64,000 nt of DNA from Alphaproteobacteria bacterium. Lineage in GTDB: Bacteria > Pseudomonadota > Alphaproteobacteria > GCA-2731375. This document shows, in pieces, positions 57,075 through 64,000 of this stretch (position 1 is its first letter; every line of letters begins with the position of its first letter). A program made the position numbers and the translations under genes. The DNA lies in assembly GCA_965225945.1 (NCBI GenBank), contig CBDDBZ010000025.1, positions 64,001 through 128,000 of the forward strand, read 5' to 3'. The notes beneath the pieces are model-generated. The model saw only the letters and a list, made by a program, of their open reading frames with translations, was not told where the DNA came from and made no database searches.

Positions 57075-57659
57075 TCAGCGCCAAAGCTCGGGCGCCTTGG
57101 TGCAGACCGCCTCGGCCCGGATGCCGCGGTTCGCCAGCAGTCGCCGCATGTCGGCGATTTCGGAGGTCTCGCGCCCCTGCAATTCGGGCGAGACCAGGCA
57201 GAGGCGGAAACCGGCGGCCTGCAATGATTCGGCCTCAGCACGGCACAGCGGGAACTTGGTGAAACAGTCGACCCAGGCCCACTCGATCATGCCGGCGAGC
57301 GCCAGCGCGGTATCGAGCGTCTCGTATTCCGACACGCGGACGGCGCAGCGCCTCTCGCCCGCCCGTGCGGTGCGGATCAAGAATGGGAAGGACTGGTCGA
57401 GGAAGAAGAAATTTTCAATTCCCTCGGCCGCCACCGCCGCCAGCACGTGCGTCTCCAGCCCTTCTTCCTTGACGTTCAGGATCAAGGTGCCGTGCGCATA
57501 GGCTTGAAGCCAGTCCTCGAACCGCTCACCGACGACGAAGGGGTCGTGGTGGATCACCAAGTCGTCGCCCTGGCTGCGGATGTCGACTTCGATGCCGAGC
57601 TCGCGCGGTGTCGCCTCCAGCTCGGCCCGGGTGTTGCGGCGATGGCGGATCAGGATCAT
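57075..57659 (-). CDS. Short GDPD/PI-PLC-like phosphodiesterase-fold protein
   Basis: HRRN, GIEVDIR, HHDP, LNVKEEG and VCTK motifs. Confidence 0.7.
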   Translation of the reverse strand: MILIRHRRNTRAELEATPRELGIEVDIRSQGDDLVIHHDPFVVGERFEDWLQAYAHGTLILNVKEEGLETHVLAAVAAEGIENFFFLDQSFPFLIRTARAGERRCAVRVSEYETLDTALALAGMIEWAWVDCFTKFPLCRAEAESLQAAGFRLCLVSPELQGRETSEIADMRRLLANRGIRAEAVCTKAPELWR

Positions 57660-58369
57660 GCGGCTTCCCTCAAGCGCCGGCGGAGTTCCAGGCTGTAGCT
57701 CATGGTGCGGTGGATGAAGCGCGCCTTGGCCTTCCAGTCGACGTTCCAGCGCGAGATGCCGTGCGCCCGCGGGCCGAAGCGGACGGGAAAGCGCCGCACC
57801 TCCAGGCCGGCGATCCGGGCCTGATAATAGGCGTAGAGATCGAGCGAGAAATCCCCCGGCGGCGCCCGCCAGCTCTCGAAGAAGGCGCGGGGGAACATGG
57901 TCGGTTGGGCGTTGATGTCCCACATCGCGCGCGCCAGCAGCATGGTCTCGAAGGCGGCCATGCCCACAGTGAAGGCGACGTCGGCCAGCGGCCGGCCGAA
58001 GCGGCGGCCCTTGACGAAAAGCTGCTCGGGCCGCACCGCCGCCTCGAACAGCGCCAGGCCCCTGAGCGCGTCCTCCGGATCGGTCTGCATATCGGCGTGG
58101 GTCCAGGCGAGGATGTCGCCCTTGGCCACGGCGAGCCCGGCGAGGACGCCGTTGCCGTAGCCCTGGTTGATCTCGACGCGGGTGGTTTCGAGGAAGCCGT
58201 GTTCCCGCGCCGCGGCCGCCAGAATCGCGTCGCTGCCGTCGGCGGAGCCGTTGTCCACCAGCACGACCTCGACGTCGTCATGGCCCATCACCTCGGCCAG
58301 GCGGCCGATCAGCAGCGGCAGGTTGGCCGCCTCGTTGTAGCAGGGGATGACCAGCGACAGGGCCGTCAC
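57656..58369 (-). CDS. Glycosyltransferase family 2 (polyprenyl-phosphate glycosyltransferase-like)
   Basis: VIPCYNE, VDNGSADG, NQGYG, HADMQ and RAHGISRW motifs. Confidence 0.9.
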   Translation of the reverse strand: MTALSLVIPCYNEAANLPLLIGRLAEVMGHDDVEVVLVDNGSADGSDAILAAAAREHGFLETTRVEINQGYGNGVLAGLAVAKGDILAWTHADMQTDPEDALRGLALFEAAVRPEQLFVKGRRFGRPLADVAFTVGMAAFETMLLARAMWDINAQPTMFPRAFFESWRAPPGDFSLDLYAYYQARIAGLEVRRFPVRFGPRAHGISRWNVDWKAKARFIHRTMSYSLELRRRLREAA

Positions 58370-58612
58370 GGGCGACCTCCGGGCAAGCACCGCGAATCGC
58401 GGACCAAGGGTAGCATATCGACGCTGACGAGCCGCCACTCGGCACCCTTCGTCTCGAGGGTGTGGGATCGCCCGGGTCCAAGGGCAAAGAGGTCACCGTG
58501 AGATGATGGGCGCACGCCGCGCCTCGCGATTGCTGCTCGAGGACTCCCGGACGTCGGAGGCGATAGACTGGCCTCGGACCAACGCGCCCGAGTTGCGGGG
58601 AGATCGCCTTTC

Positions 58613-59845
58613 ATGTCGATGCTGGTAATCGAGAACTGTCGGCTGCTGGATCCCGCCCGGGGCGAGGCGGTCGAGCGGGCCCATGTGCTGGTGGAAGACG
58701 ACCGCATCCGCGAAATCGCCACCAGGCGGATCCGCGCCGGCCGGATCCGGCGCCTGAACGCCGAGGGCCGCACGCTGATCCCGGGCTTGATCGACGCTCA
58801 TGTCCACCTCATCGCCACCAGCCTCGACCTCGGCCAGATCGATCGGGAAAGCGCAATGCTGACCGGCGCCCGCGCGCGGCTGATCATGGAGGCCATGCTG
58901 GACCGCGGCTTCACCACGGTGCGCGACGCGGGCGGCGCCGATTGGGGCCTCGCCAAGGCGGTCGAGGCCGGCCTGATCCGGGGCCCCCGCGTCTTCTTCG
59001 CCGGCCATGCCTTGAGCCAGACCGGCGGTCACGGCGATTTTCGCCCCCTCACCTGGTCGGGCGACGGTTGCCCGGCCTGCGCCGGCGAGACCTTCGCCGT
59101 CATCGCCGATGGGGTCGACGCGGTGCGCAAGGCGGCCAGGGAGGAGCTGCGCCGCGGCGCGCACCAGATCAAGATCATGGCCTCGGGTGGCGTCGCCTCG
59201 CCCAGCGATCCGATCTGGAACCTGCAGTATTCGGAGGAGGAGATCGCCGCCGCCGTCTGGGAGGCCAAGTCGTGGAAGACTTACGTCATGGCGCACGCCT
59301 ATACGCCCGAGGCGATCGGGCGCGCCGTCCGCCTCGGCGTCCGCTCGATCGAGCACGGCAACCTGCTCGACGGCGACACCGCCCGGCTGATGGCCAGCCG
59401 GGGCGCCTTCCTGGTGCCGACGCTCGCCACCTACGAGGCGCTGGCGCGGGACGGTGAACGATTGGGCTTCCCCGCCGCCTCGATCGCCAAGATCGAGGAC
59501 GTGCGCGAAGTCGGCCTGCGCAGCCTGGAGATCGCCCGCGAGGCCGGCGTCGAGACCGGCTACGGCACCGACCTCCTGGGCGCATGCCACGAGCATCAGT
59601 CCGACGAGTTCACCATCCGCGCTCGGGTCTTGGCGCCGCTGGAGGTGCTGCGGAGCGCCACCTCGACCAATGCCCGGCTGCTGAACCGGGCCGGCGAGCT
59701 CGGCACCATCGCCGAGGGCGCAATCGCCGATCTGTTGCTGGTCGACGGCGATCCCTTGCGCGATTTGGCCCTGTTGCAGGGCCAAGGCCGGCACCTGAGC
59801 CTGATCATGCAGGGCGGGCGACTCCACAAATCGACCTTGGACTAG
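58613..59845 (+). CDS. Metal-dependent amidohydrolase (prolidase-like subgroup)
   Basis: PGLIDAHVH, TGGHGD, AHAY, SIEHG and GTD motifs. Confidence 0.9.
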   Translation: MSMLVIENCRLLDPARGEAVERAHVLVEDDRIREIATRRIRAGRIRRLNAEGRTLIPGLIDAHVHLIATSLDLGQIDRESAMLTGARARLIMEAMLDRGFTTVRDAGGADWGLAKAVEAGLIRGPRVFFAGHALSQTGGHGDFRPLTWSGDGCPACAGETFAVIADGVDAVRKAAREELRRGAHQIKIMASGGVASPSDPIWNLQYSEEEIAAAVWEAKSWKTYVMAHAYTPEAIGRAVRLGVRSIEHGNLLDGDTARLMASRGAFLVPTLATYEALARDGERLGFPAASIAKIEDVREVGLRSLEIAREAGVETGYGTDLLGACHEHQSDEFTIRARVLAPLEVLRSATSTNARLLNRAGELGTIAEGAIADLLLVDGDPLRDLALLQGQGRHLSLIMQGGRLHKSTLD

Positions 59846-59859
59846 GGAGACGGCGCGTC

Positions 59860-61476
59860 ATGGCGAAGCTGCGAAAAGCGATGATCTCGGCCGCCCAGCC
59901 GGAGGCGGTGGAGGCCGGCGCGGTGGTGCTGCAAAGGGGCGGCAACGCGGTCGACGCGGCGATGGCCTGCGCCCTGGTACAGGGCGTGGTCGATCCGCAG
60001 ATGTGCGGCATCGCCGGCTTCGGCAGCCTGCAGGTCCATCTGCCCGAGCGCGGCGTCCATGAATGCATCGACTTCCACGGCAAGACACCCGCCGCCGCCA
60101 CCGAGGGCATGTGGGAGAAGCTGGTCATCAGCGAAACGCGGGACGGCTTCGGCTTCATCCTGGAGGGCCGGGTGAACGAGGTCGGCCATCAGTCGATTAC
60201 CGTGCCCGGCAGCCTCTTGGCCTACCACGAGGCGCAGAGCGAATGGGGTACCTGGGACTGGGCCGATATCGTCCAGCCGGCGATAGAGCAGGCCGAGCGA
60301 GGCTTTGCCGTCCGCCCCCACGTCTACAATTGGTGGACCGAGCCGGGCCTCTTCGACCGACTGGAGACGACCGATAGGCTGCGTCACACCGAGGACGGGC
60401 GGCGGATCTATTTCCATCCCGACGGCACGCTCAAGCGGCCGGGCGAGCGGGTCGAGAACCCCGACATGGCGCGCACGCTGCGGCGGATCGCCGATGGCGG
60501 GGCCGAGGTCTTCTATAGCGGCGAGATCGCCGAGGAGATCGTGGCCGACATGAAGGCGAACGGGGGCCTGCTGAGCGCCCGGGACCTCGCCGACTTTCGC
60601 ACCACGCGCACGGCGCCGCTGCGGGGCACCTACCGGGATTTCGAGATCGCCACCAACCAGCCCCCCGGCGGCGGCATCATGGTGCTGCAGATGCTGAACA
60701 CGCTGGAGAATTTCGATCTCGCCAGCCTCGGCCACAACGCGGCGGAATACCTGCGCGTCGTCGCCGAGGCGATGAAGCTCGCCACCATCGACAAGGAGGC
60801 CCGCGTGGGCGATCCCGCCTTCGTCGAGGTGCCGGTCGAGGAGCTGTGCGGCAAGGCCTACGCGGCCGAGCTCGCGACGCGGATCCGGCTCAGGCAGAAG
60901 GCGCACGTGAGCCGGCTCCAGGGCCCGGCGGAATCCAAGCAGACCACCCAGGTCTCGGTCGTCGACCGGGACGGCAACGCGGTCTCGATGACCCATTCCC
61001 TCGGCATGCCGTCGGGCGTGATCACGCCGGGTTTGGGCTTCATGTACAACGGCTGCATGTCGGTGTTCGATCCCCGGCCGGGCCGGGCCGGCTCGATCGC
61101 GCCGGGCAAGAGCCGCTTCAGCGCCATCTGCCCCTCGATGGTCTTCCGTGACGGCGAGACCCGCCTCGTCATCGGCGCGCCGGGCGGCACCCAGATCGTC
61201 ATGGGCGTGTTGCAGGCGATGCTCAACGTCTTGGAGTTCGACATGGGAATCGTCGAGGCCATCGTGGCGCCGCGCTTCTCCGCCACCAGCGACGTGCTCG
61301 AGGTCTCCAACCGCATCCCGCGCTACGTGACCGACGTGCTGAAGGGGCAGGGCTACGAGATCGGCCGCTCTCACCTGAGCTATCCCTTCGCCGGCGTGCA
61401 CGGCATTCGGATCGACGACGGCATGCCCACCGGCTTCGCCGACCCCAACCACGACGGCATGGCGCTGGGCGTGTGA
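59860..61476 (+). CDS. ggt: Gamma-glutamyltransferase family protein
   Basis: GGNAVDAA, autoprocessing site TTQVSVVD and GAPGG motifs. Confidence 0.9.
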   Translation: MAKLRKAMISAAQPEAVEAGAVVLQRGGNAVDAAMACALVQGVVDPQMCGIAGFGSLQVHLPERGVHECIDFHGKTPAAATEGMWEKLVISETRDGFGFILEGRVNEVGHQSITVPGSLLAYHEAQSEWGTWDWADIVQPAIEQAERGFAVRPHVYNWWTEPGLFDRLETTDRLRHTEDGRRIYFHPDGTLKRPGERVENPDMARTLRRIADGGAEVFYSGEIAEEIVADMKANGGLLSARDLADFRTTRTAPLRGTYRDFEIATNQPPGGGIMVLQMLNTLENFDLASLGHNAAEYLRVVAEAMKLATIDKEARVGDPAFVEVPVEELCGKAYAAELATRIRLRQKAHVSRLQGPAESKQTTQVSVVDRDGNAVSMTHSLGMPSGVITPGLGFMYNGCMSVFDPRPGRAGSIAPGKSRFSAICPSMVFRDGETRLVIGAPGGTQIVMGVLQAMLNVLEFDMGIVEAIVAPRFSATSDVLEVSNRIPRYVTDVLKGQGYEIGRSHLSYPFAGVHGIRIDDGMPTGFADPNHDGMALGV

Positions 61477-61535
61477 TACCAAACGACGTAAGTCCCGACC
61501 GCCCCGCCGTGGCGGTCGAGATTGGACGCCATCAC

Positions 61536-62156
61536 CTATCCGTATACGAACAACAGGACGGCGACGATGATCACCAGACCGGTGACCCAGATCCAGGTCG
61601 GCAATCCCTCGCGTATCGGCGCGGGCGCCGCGAGCGGCGTCTCGAGCGCGTCCTCCTCGAGCGTGGGCGGCGCGGCCCCCGGGGCGAGGGCGGCCGGCGT
61701 CACGGCCGCGGCGGGCACCTGGGCCGCCCGCGCGCTGAAGCTGGTGAAGAACTCGTCGGCGAGCTTGCGGGCGGTGCCGTCGATCAGGCGCGAGCCGAGC
61801 TGGGCCAGCTTGCCGCCGACGGCGGCCTGGGCCTGGTAGCTCAGGATCGTCATGTCGCCGTCCTCGTCGAGCCTCACCTTGGCGCCGCCCTTGGCGAAGC
61901 CGGCCGCGCCCCCCTTGCCCTCACCAGTGATGGTGTAGCTGTTCGGTGGATCGAGCTCGGAGAGCGTGACCTCGCCCTTGAACTTGACCTTCACCGGGCC
62001 GACCTTGGAGGTCACCGTGGCCTCGAAATGGGTGTCGTCCTTCTTCTCGAGGGTGTCGCAACCCGGGATACAGTCCTTCAAGACAGCCGGATCGTTGAGC
62101 GCCGCCCACACCTGCATCCGGCTAGCCGGAATGCGATATTCGCCGGTCAGTTCCAT
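61536..62156 (-). CDS. CoxG/SRPBCC family protein
   Basis: VWAALNDP, CIPGC and GGKLAQLGSRLI motifs; C-terminal TM helix. Confidence 0.88.
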   Translation of the reverse strand: MELTGEYRIPASRMQVWAALNDPAVLKDCIPGCDTLEKKDDTHFEATVTSKVGPVKVKFKGEVTLSELDPPNSYTITGEGKGGAAGFAKGGAKVRLDEDGDMTILSYQAQAAVGGKLAQLGSRLIDGTARKLADEFFTSFSARAAQVPAAAVTPAALAPGAAPPTLEEDALETPLAAPAPIREGLPTWIWVTGLVIIVAVLLFVYG

Positions 62157-62332
62157 CGCCGGATCTCGCTTTCGTGTTGTCGCCGTTGGGGCCAGGGTAG
62201 TCCCGCCTCCCGGGGCCGACAAGCGACGCGACGCAACGGCCTCGGTGCCCGACAGATAAGTCCTCGAAGCCGGCCCCCTCCCCCGACTTCCTCCGCTGGC
62301 CAAACCGCCCCGCGGTTGCCTCGCCAACTTCG

Positions 62333-62364
62333 GGACAAAACAGGAACATATGGCGGTATGTCAA
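62333..62364 (-). promoter_or_regulatory. Putative sigma70 promoter overlapped by an alphaproteobacterial LexA-box-like site
   Basis: TTGACA on the minus strand at 62364-62359; GGAC-AAAACAG-GAAC at 62333-62347 has one mismatch to GAAC-N7-GAAC. Confidence 0.45.
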
Positions 62365-62393
62365 GCGCGTCATTTTGGTGGCGGGCGCGCGGT

Positions 62394-62424
62394 CTTGATC
62401 GTCGCGGCGCCGACACTACATCTA
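62394..62424 (+). promoter_or_regulatory. Putative RpoH (sigma32) promoter of hsp20
   Basis: CTTG-N18-CTACATCT resembles the alphaproteobacterial RpoH consensus. Confidence 0.55.
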
Positions 62425-62429
62425 GCGTA

Positions 62430-62524
62430 TGGCGGCGCCCTCGGGGCCGCCGGCGGAGGCCGCTTCGGCTCCGCGGGTACATGACGAAGCCATGCTTGCT
62501 CGCGCTGGAGGAGGTGGTTCGATG
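62430..62524 (+). promoter_or_regulatory. ROSE-like RNA thermometer in the hsp20 5' UTR
   Basis: Two GC-rich hairpins, then TTGCT positioned to pair with the GAGGAG Shine-Dalgarno. Confidence 0.65.
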
Positions 62525-62986
62525 AACCGTTTGTCTGCGTTCAACTCTCCGTTGCTGCTCGGATTCGATCATTTCGAGCGCATTCTCGAGCGGGCCACCA
62601 AGGCCGGCAGCGACGGCTATCCCCCTTACAACATCGAGCGGGTCGGCGAGAACGGTCTCCGCATCGTGCTGGCGGTGGCCGGCTTCGGCGAGGAGGACCT
62701 CAAGATCACGCTGGAGGACAACCAGCTGATGATCCGCGGCAAGCAGGGCGAGGAGGGCGAGGAGGCTGGCAGGATCTACCTCCATCGCGGCATCGCCGCC
62801 CGCCAGTTCCAGCGCGCCTTCGTGCTGGCCGAGGGCATCGAGGTCGCCGGGGCAGAGCTCGACAAGGGCCTGCTGGCGATCGACTTGGTCCGTCCGGCAC
62901 CGACCCCCAACGTCCGCACCATCGAGATCGGTGGGGGATCGGGGCGCGGCGGCGCCGGCAAGTCCATCGATCTCAAGCGCGCGTGA
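62522..62986 (+). CDS. Small heat shock protein Hsp20
   Basis: YPPYNIE, LAVAGF, YLHRGIA and GLLAIDL motifs. Confidence 0.94.
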   Translation: MNRLSAFNSPLLLGFDHFERILERATKAGSDGYPPYNIERVGENGLRIVLAVAGFGEEDLKITLEDNQLMIRGKQGEEGEEAGRIYLHRGIAARQFQRAFVLAEGIEVAGAELDKGLLAIDLVRPAPTPNVRTIEIGGGSGRGGAGKSIDLKRA

Positions 62987-63034
62987 ACGCCCGCGCCAGC
63001 TCGCGAACGGATGTGTAGCCGAGGGGTGAATGAG

Positions 63035-63262
63035 ATGCGAAAGCCCGACACGAGGACGGCGGACCGATCCGTCGTCACCATGCAACAGCTCTTCCAAATC
63101 GGCCTGAGCGAAATTGCCTACGTCAAGGCGGTGGACGACGAGAGCGGCCGCAACTACGCGATCCATACGGCCGACGGCAACGAGATCGCGCACTTCGCCG
63201 ACCGCGACGTCGCCTTCGCGGCCTGCCGCCAGCACGACCTGGAGCCGGTCAGCGTCCACTGA
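63035..63262 (+). CDS. DUF1150 family protein
   Basis: IAYVK, AIHTADG and PVSVH motifs; usual partner of hsp20. Confidence 0.85.
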   Translation: MRKPDTRTADRSVVTMQQLFQIGLSEIAYVKAVDDESGRNYAIHTADGNEIAHFADRDVAFAACRQHDLEPVSVH

Positions 63263-63361
63263 CCGCCGCGCGTTCTGCCCAGGCCACCCGGCACGGCGAC
63301 CACCGCCACGAAACGGGCGCCCGGCGCGCCTGAGCGAAGCGAAGGACATTTTCACGGGGAC

Positions 63362-64000
63362 TCACTCGAGGCGGGCGCTCACCGCCTCGGAAAGCACCGT
63401 GTGGAGGCCGCCGCCGTCGGCGCCCGGCCGCAGCAGGCGGTATTGCGCGCTATAGCGACCCGCCGGCCAGGTTTTGCCGCTGCGCCTGCGCGAGCCGATG
63501 TAATGGCGCTGGATCGCTCGGTTCTTGCTTGCAGGGGGAAACCGCTTCTCGGCCAGGACGCGACCCGCCGGCGCCACCATCCGCATGACCTCGACGTCGC
63601 CGCTGCGAAGGCCGAAAACCTCGACCCAGAAGAACAGCTTACTGCCGCCGGCGGCCAGCTCCCCCTGGCGATAGGCGCCGGCGCGGACCTTGTCCCATTC
63701 GGGTTGCTCGAGGCTGAAGCCGGCGCCGAGCAGACCGCTGAATCGGTAGCCGAGCCGCGCCATCGTCTCCCGTGACCAAAGCGGCTCGGCCCCCGACATG
63801 CCGTCGCAAGCCCCATCGGCGAGGCGTCCGGTGTAGGGGTCGACCGGCCGCTTCTTCACAGCCACGCCGAAGTGGAGAGGCGGGAAATCCGTCCGGCCGG
63901 AGAGCCCGATCCGGCCCAGCACATGGCCGGCCTCGACCCGCTCCCCCACGGTCACGCGAATGGAGCCCTTCCGCATATGGCAATAGAGGCTCGTCCAACC
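63362..64000 (-). CDS. M23 family peptidase-like protein (5' end outside the window)
   Basis: YCHMRKGSIRV..G..V..G..LG.IGLSG and VDPY motifs; HxH motif reads PLH. Confidence 0.8.
   Translation of the reverse strand, partial: GWTSLYCHMRKGSIRVTVGERVEAGHVLGRIGLSGRTDFPPLHFGVAVKKRPVDPYTGRLADGACDGMSGAEPLWSRETMARLGYRFSGLLGAGFSLEQPEWDKVRAGAYRQGELAAGGSKLFFWVEVFGLRSGDVEVMRMVAPAGRVLAEKRFPPASKNRAIQRHYIGSRRRSGKTWPAGRYSAQYRLLRPGADGGGLHTVLSEAVSARLE

Noticed and set aside
61536-62156. Carbon monoxide dehydrogenase locus
   Set aside because: Only a coxG-like gene is present; no coxL, coxM or coxS in the window

Overview
High-GC alphaproteobacterial (Rhodospirillales-like) chromosomal window. Most of it is conserved housekeeping synteny: tsaB-rimI-tusA-mucR-fur-miaB-phoH-ybeY-corC-lnt-HTH-metK-trmB-rimP-nusA-ylxR-infB-rbfA-truB-rpsO-pnp, gshB/fhs, tsaD/hemC-hemD::mic60-hemY, uppP and hsp20-DUF1150. 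Four features stand out. (1) A single-ORF IS66 (15-bp TIRs, 8-bp TSD) is split by a ~750-bp transposase-less cassette with 41-bp perfect inverted repeats, NrdR-box-like motifs and a small passenger gene; it sits beside an adenylate cyclase gene broken by a premature TGA. (2) A PgpH-like 7TM-HD protein lies between phoH and ybeY and has lost two predicted metal-binding histidines. (3) An operon next to uppP encodes a GT2, a GDPD-like protein, a GT-C-like membrane protein fused to a cyanobacterial/plant-type phosphoribulokinase, and a HAD phosphatase; this is a candidate undescribed lipid-carrier glycosylation pathway. (4) A 21-bp tandem repeat covers the infB start. No tRNA, rRNA or CRISPR array was seen. 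All family calls come from motif recognition by eye; no searches were run.
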